NCBI GenBank assembly: GCA_963748625.1
Contig: CAVVJT010000003.1
Coordinates: 1-64,000 of the forward strand
DNA length: 64,000 nt
Direction: 5' to 3'
Source: an uncultured Chloroflexia bacterium
Lineage (GTDB): Bacteria > Chloroflexota > Limnocylindria > Limnocylindrales > CSP1-4
Below are positions 31,838-40,675 of the stretch, piece by piece. How positions within the stretch are numbered: the first letter of the stretch is position 1; the number at the start of each line of letters is the position of its first letter. The position numbers and the translations under genes are program-made. The notes under the pieces were generated by a model. That model saw only the letters and a list, made by a program, of their open reading frames with translations, did not search any database and was not told the origin of the DNA.

Positions 31838-32557
31838 TCACCGATACCCGCGGGCCTCGCGGAGCTGCACCGCGAACTCGTCGGGCAGGTCGCTCGCCTC
31901 GATCGCGATGGCGGCCCCCTCCACGTCGTAGGGCGTGCGCCGGAACTCGACCGTGTCGGCGCCCGTGTCGAGGAGCGCCCAGCAACCCCGCGGATCGCCG
32001 TCCTTCGGCTTGCCCGCGGACCCGACGTTGATGAAGCGGGTGCCCGCGACCGTCTTGTCATAGGCCTTGTGCGTGTGGCCGCAGACGATGACGTCGGCCT
32101 GGGCCATGGCCGCGATCCGGGCGAACGTCGCGTCAGGCTTGTCCTCGTAGAGGTACTCGTTGATCTTGCGTGGGCTGCCGTGCACCAGCAGGTAGCGCTT
32201 GCCGTCGGCCTCGAACCGGATCTGTGGCGCGAGCGTCTGGAGCCAGGCCTTGTTCCCAGCGGACGTGTGCGCCTTCGTCCAGAGGAAGCCTGCGTCACCC
32301 TCCGCCTTGTCGCGCTCCTTCACGTAGGCGCAGCCGCACTCGTCGCGGTCGAATCCCACCCCGTCGTCGTAGTTCCCCATGACGATGGGGAACGCCTCGG
32401 CCTGGAGCCGTTCCAGCACCTCGTCAGGCCAGGGCGCGTAGCCCACGAGGTCGCCGAGTGCGAACCGTGCATCAACTGCTGCGGCCTCGATGTCCGCGAG
32501 GACGGCGGCAAGGGCGGGAAGGTTCGCGTGGACGTCGGAGAGGATGGCGATGCGCAT
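31838..32557 (-). CDS. Calcineurin-like metallophosphoesterase with a CGC motif
   Basis: SDVHAN, GDLVGY, GNYD, HGSP, GHTH, NVGSAGKPKDG. Confidence 0.9.
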   Translation of the reverse strand: MRIAILSDVHANLPALAAVLADIEAAAVDARFALGDLVGYAPWPDEVLERLQAEAFPIVMGNYDDGVGFDRDECGCAYVKERDKAEGDAGFLWTKAHTSAGNKAWLQTLAPQIRFEADGKRYLLVHGSPRKINEYLYEDKPDATFARIAAMAQADVIVCGHTHKAYDKTVAGTRFINVGSAGKPKDGDPRGCWALLDTGADTVEFRRTPYDVEGAAIAIEASDLPDEFAVQLREARGYR

Positions 32558-32563
32558 GCGAGG

Positions 32564-32594
32564 AGCGTAGACCTTGAAGCGACTTGAAGGTCAA
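32564..32594 (-). promoter_or_regulatory. MerR-family promoter/operator (19-bp spacer with dyad)
   Basis: TTGACC-19 nt-TACGCT with dyad ACCTTCAAG-TCG-CTTCAAGGT; ATG 6 nt after the -10. Confidence 0.75.
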
Positions 32595-32637
32595 GCCGAT
32601 TTCGCGCTCAGGTCCTGAACGAGATCGAGAATTCGGC

Positions 32638-33801
32638 TCAGCCCAGCACGGCGCGCAGGGCGCCATCGAGATCCGTCCAGAGGTCCTCGACGTTCTCGAT
32701 GCCCACCGACAGCCGGCACAGGGTCGGACCGACGACCGTGGCATCCCCCGCGTAGCGGGCGCGGCGCTCGATGAGCGACTCGACGCCCCCGAGGCTTGTC
32801 GCGTGGGTGAGCAGCCGCAGGCGCCCAAGGACGGCCTCCGTCTGCTCGGCGGTGCCGGCGACCTCGAATGACAGCAATGGGCCAGCGCCCGCTGGGAGCA
32901 CGCGCGCCGCGCGCTCGTGCTGGGTATCGCCGGCCAGGCCCGGATAGTTGACGTGCGTCACGTGGGGGTGGGCAGCCAGCCTGCGGGCGATCTCCTCCGC
33001 GGACGCTTCCGCACGGTCCAGGCGCACGGCGAGCGTCCGCAGGCCGCGCAGGGCGAGGAAGGCCTCCAGGGTTCCCGGGATCGCGCCATGGTCATGGCGG
33101 TGGGCGACCAGGAAGTCGGCATGGGCGTCCGCGCGGCAGACGACCGCGCCAAGCAGGAGGTCCGAGTGGCCGGCGATGAGCTTGGTCGCGGAGTGCATCA
33201 CGATGTCGGCGCCGAGATCGAGCGGGCGCTGGCGCAGGGGTGTCGCGAATGTGGCGTCCACCACGGAGATCGCACCGCGCTCCCGGGCGCCCGCCGCGAT
33301 GGCGGGGACGTCGGCGACGACCATGAGCGGGTTGGCGATCGACTCCACCCACACCATGTCGGCGCCAACGGCTGCAGCGAGCACGGCAGCGGTGTCGTCG
33401 GCGGGCGTCATGCGGACGTGGAGGCGGCCGCGGGCCTCGAGGCGCTCGAAGATGTTGCGAACGCCGAAGTAGGTGACGGTCGAGAGCACGACCGTGCCGT
33501 CGACCGGGACCAGGTCCGCGATGGAGGTGGCAGCGGCAAGTCCCGAAGCGAAGGTCACGGCCCGGCCGCCGTCGAGCGCCCCGAGCGCGGTCTCCAGCGC
33601 CATCCACCCGGCGTTGCCATCGCGGCCGTACTCGAGCGTGGCGTCGTGCACGTACGTGGCCGACAGCGTGATCGGCGCGTTCATCGGGGCGCCGGGGTCA
33701 CGCGCCGGCCGGCCGGCCTGCACGGTCACGGTGTCGGCGGACCATGCGGCGTCCAAGTCAAGCGAGGAGGTGTTCGAGGTCTCGGTCATCGGATCGGTCA
33801 C
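32638..33801 (-). CDS. Cys/Met-metabolism PLP enzyme (cystathionine gamma-synthase/lyase family)
   Basis: YGRDGN, FASGLAA, VDATFATP, HSATKLIAGHSD, SLGGVESL, RLSVGIE. Confidence 0.88.
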   Translation of the reverse strand: MTDPMTETSNTSSLDLDAAWSADTVTVQAGRPARDPGAPMNAPITLSATYVHDATLEYGRDGNAGWMALETALGALDGGRAVTFASGLAAATSIADLVPVDGTVVLSTVTYFGVRNIFERLEARGRLHVRMTPADDTAAVLAAAVGADMVWVESIANPLMVVADVPAIAAGARERGAISVVDATFATPLRQRPLDLGADIVMHSATKLIAGHSDLLLGAVVCRADAHADFLVAHRHDHGAIPGTLEAFLALRGLRTLAVRLDRAEASAEEIARRLAAHPHVTHVNYPGLAGDTQHERAARVLPAGAGPLLSFEVAGTAEQTEAVLGRLRLLTHATSLGGVESLIERRARYAGDATVVGPTLCRLSVGIENVEDLWTDLDGALRAVLG

Positions 33802-33804
33802 CTG

Positions 33805-34527
33805 TCAGGCACTGATGGCGGGGATGATGCGTGCGGCCGTCCGGACGGCCGGGTCCAGGGCACGCAGGCGGCGCTCCAGATCGGCACCGGCCGCCGTCGC
33901 GGTCTCGGCCGCATCAGGGCCGAGGGCGTCGATGATGAAGAGCGCGCTGGTCGTGGCGCCCGTGAGCTGGGTTCGGGTGCACTGGCGCCAGTTCCAGCGG
34001 CGGCAGGTGATACCTGCGTCGTCCGCCCAGACGACCTCGCCGGGCTCCGGGTGCTCGACGACGGCTTCGCCCGACGCGGTCGTCTCGAACGGCTCCGCCC
34101 CGGTCGCCCGGACCAGGCGGGCCGCGCCCACGTACCGGGCCAGGTCCTCCCCGCCCACGGGCACCTCGTGAATGACCGATACGGCGTTGTACAGGTCGGT
34201 GAGCCGGTTGATCCGGGGCAGCCCGTCTGGTACGCGCCGCAGGAGCGCCTCGAGGCTGTTGCGGGTCCGCTGCGGCTTTGCGCCGAACGCCCGGTACGCT
34301 GCGCGCCAGGTTGCGACACGCGGGCGGTCCTCGGGCGCCCCGCCGTCCAGGCGCGTGACCGCCAGCACCTCGGCCTCGCGCAGCCATGCATCCGATGCCG
34401 TGTCACTCGGGGCGCCCGGCAGGCCGTCTGCCGCGACGAGGACCGCCACGTAGTCGGGCTGGAGCTTGCCCACGGCCCGATCCACCGCCGCCTCGGCCAG
34501 CAGCGCGTCCAGGTCGGTCGCTGTCAT
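33805..34527 (-). CDS. Stand-alone B3/4 (PheRS-beta editing-like) domain protein
   Basis: WRAAYRAFG, SLEALLRR, INRLTDLYNAVS, GGEDL, CRRWNWRQ. Confidence 0.88.
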   Translation of the reverse strand: MTATDLDALLAEAAVDRAVGKLQPDYVAVLVAADGLPGAPSDTASDAWLREAEVLAVTRLDGGAPEDRPRVATWRAAYRAFGAKPQRTRNSLEALLRRVPDGLPRINRLTDLYNAVSVIHEVPVGGEDLARYVGAARLVRATGAEPFETTASGEAVVEHPEPGEVVWADDAGITCRRWNWRQCTRTQLTGATTSALFIIDALGPDAAETATAAGADLERRLRALDPAVRTAARIIPAISA

Positions 34528-35108
34528 CGTCCTGCCTCCGAGGGTTCGTAGACCGCCAGTGCGAACCGGGCGGGGATCGTCCCGTCATTGCGGTAGCTGT
34601 GCACGGTGTCACCGTGGAATGTTGCCGAGTCGCCCGCCTGGAGCGCGACGTCCTCGCCGCCCACCGAGAGGGTCACCTCGCCCTCCAGCACCGCCAGCAG
34701 CTCACGCGTGCCGGCCACGTGCGGCTCGCTCGCATGGGCGTCATCCGGTGCCAGGACCCAATCCCACAGCTCGACCACTTCGGGGTCAGCCACGCCGGCA
34801 GCCAGGTAGGCCACTCCGCCGTGCGCCCCCGACCACAGCGGCGCTCGCGTGCCGGAGCGGCGTACCTCCATCGCTGACGTGCCGCCATCCGGGGCCACGA
34901 GGGAGGGCAGGCCGATCCCGAGCGCGTCGCTCAGGCGCAGCAACGTGGCGATGCTCGCATTGGTGGTTCCCTGCTCGACGTTCACGAGCATCCGGCGGCT
35001 CACGCCAGATCGCTCCGCGAGCTCGTCGAGGGTCCAGGACCGGGCATGGCGCCGGGCGCGGACGCGCTCGCCGATGCGCGTCATGATGGTGAGGTCGGCC
35101 GTGGTCAT
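34524..35108 (-). CDS. XRE HTH-cupin transcriptional regulator
   Basis: WTLDELAERSGVSRRML..VEQG, ELWDW, GDS..F...HSYRN. Confidence 0.88.
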   Translation of the reverse strand: MTTADLTIMTRIGERVRARRHARSWTLDELAERSGVSRRMLVNVEQGTTNASIATLLRLSDALGIGLPSLVAPDGGTSAMEVRRSGTRAPLWSGAHGGVAYLAAGVADPEVVELWDWVLAPDDAHASEPHVAGTRELLAVLEGEVTLSVGGEDVALQAGDSATFHGDTVHSYRNDGTIPARFALAVYEPSEAGR

Positions 35109-35138
35109 GCAGCCCAGACTACCGTGTGCTGCACCGGC

Positions 35139-35156
35139 AGTGCAACACACTGCACT
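35139..35156. promoter_or_regulatory. Candidate XRE operator AGTGCA-N6-TGCACT
   Basis: Perfect 6-bp arms in the -35 region of the XRE gene (-10 TAGTCT at 35121-35116). Confidence 0.5.
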
Positions 35157-35305
35157 TGCACCCTGGTTCCGGTACGTCGTGGGGGGCCGTCCTCGGGTCG
35201 CGTGGTACCCTTCGATTGCCACGCCAAGTGGCGACACGCATGCGGCCCACCCTTCTCGAACGGGCGCCTGCCCTCTCCTGTGTTCGAGATACCGGGAGGC
35301 GCCCC

Positions 35306-35509
35306 ATGACCACGGGCACCATCAAGAAGCTCGTGTCCGAGCGTGGCTTCGGGTTCATCACGTCCGACGACGGCAAGGACTACTTCTTCCACCGAAGCGC
35401 ACTTGCTGCGTCGTTCGACTTCGACCGCCTCGTCGGCGGTGAGAAGGTGCAGTTCGAGATCGAGAAGGACGCAAAGGGCGATCGCGCCAAGAACGTGGAG
35501 CCTGCATGA
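35306..35509 (+). CDS. Cold-shock protein
   Basis: RGFGFI and YFFHRS RNP motifs; GGAGG RBS; roughly 90-nt leader after TGGTACCCT. Confidence 0.93.
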   Translation: MTTGTIKKLVSERGFGFITSDDGKDYFFHRSALAASFDFDRLVGGEKVQFEIEKDAKGDRAKNVEPA

Positions 35510-35569
35510 GGTCTGGCGGTCGTTGCGGCCGCCGGTCCTCGTCGCCCTGGACATGAAGGGGAGCAAGCG

Positions 35570-35824
35570 TTGACAAAGCAGTCACGGTACGAGCGGACAC
35601 AGCGGTCGGCCGAGCAGGTCCGCATTCGCGAGATCGAGGCCACCTGGGCGGCACGTATCTCGCCTGAGCAGAGCGCGGCGTTCAGGCGCGAGGTCGAGGT
35701 GGCACTCGCCCGCCAGCCCGAGCCGCGCCAGGACATGGCGCCCGGCACCCTTCCGAACCCGCCCCGGCCCGGTCGTGAGCCCCGCCCGCCCAAGGAGCAG
35801 GCCAAGGGACGATCCCGGTACTAG
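35570..35824 (+). CDS. Hypothetical basic, Pro-rich protein
   Basis: GGAG RBS and TTG start. Confidence 0.6.
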   Translation: MTKQSRYERTQRSAEQVRIREIEATWAARISPEQSAAFRREVEVALARQPEPRQDMAPGTLPNPPRPGREPRPPKEQAKGRSRY

Positions 35825-35826
35825 GC

Positions 35827-36183
35827 GTGACTGACCACGCGGGCGCCGATCCTGAGGATGGCGCCGTCTCCCGGGTGATCCGCAACCACCGCAGGTTCGC
35901 GCTCAGCGACGTGACGTTCGACGGTGCTCCCGTTGGCGGCGCGACCATCGATGCGTGGCAGGACGGGTCGGGAGCGGGCTTCTGGTCTGCGCGCGTCCTG
36001 ATGGTGGCCAACGACGTCCCGAACACGGGCGCGCTGGCGGGCCGCACCCGGGACGGCCGACTGCTGCGCGGACGCGTCGCGCTCGTCGGGCCCGGACCGG
36101 CGCCCAAGCCCCGGGGAGCCATCCTCATCGAGTGGCATGGCGTCGGCCTGCTCCGCGCCGAGGTCCCGGGCGAGGAGTCCTGA
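35827..36183 (+). CDS. Hypothetical protein
   Basis: Starts 2 nt after the previous stop; plausible codon usage. Confidence 0.55.
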   Translation: MTDHAGADPEDGAVSRVIRNHRRFALSDVTFDGAPVGGATIDAWQDGSGAGFWSARVLMVANDVPNTGALAGRTRDGRLLRGRVALVGPGPAPKPRGAILIEWHGVGLLRAEVPGEES

Positions 36184-36232
36184 CCGCTCGACCCGGATCG
36201 CTCGCCCCTGATCGCTCGCCCCTGATCGCTCG
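36182..36232. repeat. 14-bp tandem repeat, about 3.5 copies
   Basis: GATCGCTCGCCCCT units. Confidence 0.75.
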
Positions 36233-36312
36233 TTCGTGCCCGGCGGCCTCGCCGCGTCAGGGCGGCATCATGCACCAGCTCGGCCGCCAGAGGACCGTGG
36301 ACGCGAGTCGTG

Positions 36313-37032
36313 TCAGCGCCGGTCCGCGTCCACCGCATCGGCGAAGGCGGCCATCGAGGAGAATGTCCAGTCCGGCGTCACCGGGGCCTGGGGCTCCGGG
36401 GTTGCACCCCATCCTGGACGTCCGTGACGGCGGTTGATCCAGACCGTGGGCAGGCCTGCAGCCTTGGCGGGGACGTGGTCATGGAAGAGGCTCTGGGCGA
36501 CGTGCAGCAGGCGGCCCTCGGGCACGCCCAGCCTGGCGACTTCGGCGGCAAGGGCCGCGAAGTTGCGTGGCGACGGCTTGTACGAGCCGATGTCCTCGGC
36601 GGTCAGGATGCTCGTGAAGGTCACGCCGAGCCGCAAGCTGGAGCCGGCGAACGAGGCACGGTCCACGTTGGACAGGATGATCAGCTTGTAGTGGCGGGCG
36701 AGGCGGATGAGCGCCTCGGTGGAGTCCGGGAAGGCGGGCCAGTCCGGCACGGAGGTCGCGAGCGACTCGGCCTCGGCATCGCTGACGGCGACCCCCAGCT
36801 CAAGGCCGAGTCCGCGGACGGCACGCGCCAGGATCTCCGGGTACAGGGCCTGCGGGTGGGCCGTCTCTGCGGCGGCCTCGTGGCTGGCGTAGGCGGTCAG
36901 CAGCGCCTCGTTGGAGCGGGCCAGGCCATGGGTGTCCGCCCACCGCCGGAGCACCACGGCAATGCCCGCCTCCCAGTCGATCAGCGTCCCGTAGCAGTCG
37001 AAGGAGAGGGCGTCGAAGTCGCCGAAGTCCAC
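36313..37032 (-). CDS. HAD hydrolase, haloacid dehalogenase type II-like
   Basis: FDCYGTLIDWE, LSNVD, SYKPS, HVAQSLFHDH. Confidence 0.88.
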   Translation of the reverse strand: MDFGDFDALSFDCYGTLIDWEAGIAVVLRRWADTHGLARSNEALLTAYASHEAAAETAHPQALYPEILARAVRGLGLELGVAVSDAEAESLATSVPDWPAFPDSTEALIRLARHYKLIILSNVDRASFAGSSLRLGVTFTSILTAEDIGSYKPSPRNFAALAAEVARLGVPEGRLLHVAQSLFHDHVPAKAAGLPTVWINRRHGRPGWGATPEPQAPVTPDWTFSSMAAFADAVDADRR

Positions 37033-37106
37033 CTGGTGCGCTCCCTGGCAATGTCGATGTCGATGTCCGCGTGTATAGCAGGTGGACGTCACACGCCGGG
37101 AGGGCG

Positions 37107-38246
37107 TCAGGCGCCTGGCGTGCCTTCTGGGGCGTCCCACCAGCGCAGGCTGCCCCTGGCGAGCGCCCGCTCGAAGTAGGAGCCGTCTCGCCGGATCCGG
37201 TCCACGCTGCCGACCGTGACGAGGGTCTCGAGGAGCGGCGCGAGCTGCGATCCATACACGTGCATGCATGGCTCCGCGCGGACGCCCGGCCACGAGTAGC
37301 AGGACACGACCGTCCGTCGTTCCTCCGTCGGGATCCCGGGCGGCAGGAGGTCCCAGGCCGGGTCGCCCGGCGCGAACTCCCACTGGTCGAGGTTGCCCTG
37401 CGGGATGCCCTCGATGCCGCGCACGACCCGGGGCTCCGCGTCGAGCAGGTAGGGATCGACCGCGAGATCGCAGATGACGGCGTGCTCGGGCAGCACGGCG
37501 ATCCAGGCGTTGGGGACGACCGGGACCGATGGGTCGCGCCGTGCAGTGGCGTCCACCAGGACGTCGGTGACCCCGAGGCGGCTGCGCAGGTACCCGGCAT
37601 CACCGGTCAGGTTGCGGCCGGCGGTGACCACCTCCACCCCCGGCAGGCCCTGGCGCGAGAACGCCTCGTTGCGCGCGTCGTCCCCGTACTTGGTGGCGAA
37701 CTCGACGGCATGTCGCCCGACCCGGCCGGCGCCCAGGATCGTCACCTTGACCGTAGAGCGATGCGGGTTGCGCAGGGCCGGCCACGTCCGCTCCAGGGCC
37801 GCGAACGCGGAGGCCACGCCGTTCCATGCCACGCTGCGCAGGTTCTCCACCAGCCGGCGTCCATCATCATTGCGGATGAGATCCAGGCTGACGGCGTCGA
37901 CGCCCAGCTCGTGCAGCATGGCCACCCGTCCAGGCCGCGTGGAGAAGTGGAGCATGGACACGAGCAGCGAGCCGCGCCGCAGGAGCTCGTAGCGACCTTC
38001 CGGCGCCCGCAGCACGACGACCATGTCCTGGCGGTAGCAGGCCTCCTCGTCCGTGATGTGCACGTGGGGCGACAGGTCGCTGTAGTCCGTGTCGACGTAG
38101 CCCATGTCCGAACCGATGCCGGTCTCGCAGAAGACCTCGGCGCCGTTCGCCGCGAGGAGGCCCACGAGCGGTGGCAGGAAGTCGCGCCGCTCACTCGCCT
38201 CGCGGTGCATGCGCGGGAAGCCGACGCTGACGCGACCGGATGCCAT
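37107..38246 (-). CDS. AlaDH/PNT-superfamily dehydrogenase (CEOS-like), paralogue A
   Basis: ERR, ETGIG, SMLH, ILGAGRVG, ICDLAVD, SWPG. Confidence 0.75.
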   Translation of the reverse strand: MASGRVSVGFPRMHREASERRDFLPPLVGLLAANGAEVFCETGIGSDMGYVDTDYSDLSPHVHITDEEACYRQDMVVVLRAPEGRYELLRRGSLLVSMLHFSTRPGRVAMLHELGVDAVSLDLIRNDDGRRLVENLRSVAWNGVASAFAALERTWPALRNPHRSTVKVTILGAGRVGRHAVEFATKYGDDARNEAFSRQGLPGVEVVTAGRNLTGDAGYLRSRLGVTDVLVDATARRDPSVPVVPNAWIAVLPEHAVICDLAVDPYLLDAEPRVVRGIEGIPQGNLDQWEFAPGDPAWDLLPPGIPTEERRTVVSCYSWPGVRAEPCMHVYGSQLAPLLETLVTVGSVDRIRRDGSYFERALARGSLRWWDAPEGTPGA

Positions 38247-38477
38247 GGCGGGTCCTCCCAACCCGACCGCGACGAGACGATGCCGCCCCATGGCGCGGTT
38301 GTCCGCCGAGCGTCGGGTGCGCCGCCGCGTGGGGCAATGGTCCCGGCGCCCGACCGGGCAGGCCACCCGGCCCGTCCTTGCGGAACTTGACGCAGGACGA
38401 CAGGTGCGCGACGGTCGCCGCATCGAGTGCATGCGTGGGCAAGCGAGTGGGCGAGCAACGGGAGGCGGCAACGGGCG

Positions 38478-39671
38478 ATGGCCAACGAGGCAGGGCTCAC
38501 GATCGGGTTCCCGCGGATGTACAACGAGCCGGGGGAACGGAGGGCGTTCCTCCCATCGCTGGTGGGCACGCTGGCTGCGCTGGGCGTGGACGTGGCCATC
38601 GAATCAGGGCTGGGGGCCGCGATGGGGTACCCGGACGAGGCCTACACGTCCGTCTCGCCGCGGGTGCGGGTGGTTGATGAGGCGACGGCCTACCGGCAGG
38701 CGATCGTGCTGGTGCTGCGCGCGCCCGAAGGCCGCTACGAGCTGATGGCACCGGGGACGATCCTGCTCTCGATGCTCCATTTCAACACCCGCCCGGAGCG
38801 TGTCGCGCTGCTCGAGTCGTTGGGGATCGAGGCGATCGCGCTGGACATGATCACCGGCGATGACGGGCGACGCCTCGTGCAGAACCTGCGCGACGTGGCC
38901 CGCAACGGCCTCGCCTGCGCGTTCGACGCCCTCGAGCGACGCTGGCCGCCGCTGTTCTCGCCGGCCAGGCCCGCCGTGAGCGTCACCGTCCTCGGGGCTG
39001 GGGGCGTGGGCAAGCAGGCGATCGAGTCGGCCGCCCGAGCCGGCGATGACGCGCGCAACGAGCGCTTCCTGCGTGAGGGCCTGCCAGGCGTCGAGGTGGT
39101 CGTCGTGGAGCAGAGCCTCGCGGGCAACGAGGCCTACTTCCGCCACCGGTTCGCCCTGACCGACATCCTGGTCGACGCAACCGCCCGTCGCGACACGTCA
39201 CGCCCGCTGTTCCCGAACCACTGGATCGGGTTCCTGCCCGAGCACGCCGTCATCTGCGACCTGGCGGTGGACCCCTACCTGCTCGACGACGTCCCCCAGG
39301 TGGTGCGCGGTATCGAGGGCATTCCGCAGGGCAGCCTCGACCAGTGGGAGTTCGACGTCGACGATCCAGCCTGGGACCGGCTACCGCCGTCGATCCCCAC
39401 CCGCGAGCGGCGCACCGTCGTGTCCTGCTACTCGTGGCCGGGGGTCCGCCCCGAGCCGTGCATGGAGTTGTACGGCTCCCAGGTGACGCCACTGCTCAAG
39501 ACGCTCGTCTGGTACGGCGGCGCGCCGGCGATCGCCCCTGACGGCTCGTTCCACGGACGGGCGATGTGGCGCGGGAGCCTGCGCCGTGTCACCGGGCGGG
39601 ACCCCGTGACGGGCGCCGCCACGACGGCTGGGGACGCTGGTGCCACCGACGCTGCGGGGGCCGGTCGCTAG
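38478..39671 (+). CDS. AlaDH/PNT-superfamily dehydrogenase (CEOS-like), paralogue B
   Basis: ERR, ESGLG, SMLH, VLGAGGVG, ICDLAVD, SWPG. Confidence 0.75.
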   Translation: MANEAGLTIGFPRMYNEPGERRAFLPSLVGTLAALGVDVAIESGLGAAMGYPDEAYTSVSPRVRVVDEATAYRQAIVLVLRAPEGRYELMAPGTILLSMLHFNTRPERVALLESLGIEAIALDMITGDDGRRLVQNLRDVARNGLACAFDALERRWPPLFSPARPAVSVTVLGAGGVGKQAIESAARAGDDARNERFLREGLPGVEVVVVEQSLAGNEAYFRHRFALTDILVDATARRDTSRPLFPNHWIGFLPEHAVICDLAVDPYLLDDVPQVVRGIEGIPQGSLDQWEFDVDDPAWDRLPPSIPTRERRTVVSCYSWPGVRPEPCMELYGSQVTPLLKTLVWYGGAPAIAPDGSFHGRAMWRGSLRRVTGRDPVTGAATTAGDAGATDAAGAGR

Positions 39672-39679
39672 GCCTGACG

Positions 39680-40189
39680 CTACGGCCGACGGGGAAGGCG
39701 CATCCGGTCGAGCTCGCGGCCGATCCTGTACGCGTACTCCACGATTGCCTGCCAGTCCCGGAAGTCGCCGATGCGATGGGTCTGGAGCACCTGGCTCGTG
39801 ACGTCCGCGTCAGGGGCCAGGCGGCCGCCGAAGGTGCGGTGGCCCAGCGCGCCGAGTCCGGCGGTGATCTCTGCGCCGTGGGGTGTGATGGCCTGGTCGG
39901 ATCGGGCGAGCCGGCGGTCGAGCGGGCCTCCGCTGAACAGCCAGAGCGGGCGCGCGATGAGCTCGTCGCGGAACCGCTCGACGAAGAGGCGGGCGTCGCG
40001 CTGCCAGTAGGCGGCGTAGACGGCGCTGCCGAGGACGACGGCGTCCCACCCGTCGAGGCCGGCCACCTCGCGCGTTGGCTGGGCGAGGGCGCTGTGGCCG
40101 CTGTCGCGCAGGACCTGGGCCATCGCCTCGGCGATCTCGCCGGTGGAGCCCAGCTTCGTGGCGTAGGCGACGAGCACCCGGGACTTCAT
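39680..40189 (-). CDS. Flavodoxin-domain protein (HemG-like), copy 1
   Basis: VAYATKLGSTGEIA, VLGSAVY, WLFSGGP, GDFRDW. Confidence 0.85.
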   Translation of the reverse strand: MKSRVLVAYATKLGSTGEIAEAMAQVLRDSGHSALAQPTREVAGLDGWDAVVLGSAVYAAYWQRDARLFVERFRDELIARPLWLFSGGPLDRRLARSDQAITPHGAEITAGLGALGHRTFGGRLAPDADVTSQVLQTHRIGDFRDWQAIVEYAYRIGRELDRMRLPRRP

Positions 40190-40599
40190 CCGAGGTCGTC
40201 CGGAAGCATGCTGTAGCACCAGCCGCACTGGTAGCCGATCGTCCTGCCGGCGGCGTTCACCAGCCGCGCCCTCGGATGGGTGTGCCGGCAGCTCGCCCCG
40301 CGAACGCGGTTGAGCGTCATCTCGCCGGGCTGGGTCCAGACCATGTCCGCGTCGCCGTAGCGCGTCTGCAGCGGGCTCGAGACCTTCTGGTTGGCGCGGC
40401 ACTCCACGGAGTCGACGCGGTGCTGGTCGAGGGCGGCCCGGCTGGGGAAGCGAAGGGCGCACCAGGTGCACACGAAGGCGGCGCCGTCGGGCGCGACGAC
40501 GGGTCCGGCGGCGGAGCGGCCCGGGGTGTCGGAGGCGTCCGCCGTGGTCCCGTCGATCACCCGCAGGAACGGTCGGCCGCTGGAGGAGTCGTCGGTCAT
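40186..40599 (-). CDS. Hypothetical protein with two putative zinc fingers
   Basis: FVCTWCALRFPSRAALDQH...C and CRH...CGWC; ATGA overlap with the flavodoxin gene. Confidence 0.65.
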   Translation of the reverse strand: MTDDSSSGRPFLRVIDGTTADASDTPGRSAAGPVVAPDGAAFVCTWCALRFPSRAALDQHRVDSVECRANQKVSSPLQTRYGDADMVWTQPGEMTLNRVRGASCRHTHPRARLVNAAGRTIGYQCGWCYSMLPDDLG

Positions 40600-40675
40600 C
40601 AGCGCGTACCGTACCTGTCTCCGCGCCGGGATGCGACAGGGCGGGCCACGCCGGACGACGTACCCTGCACTGATC

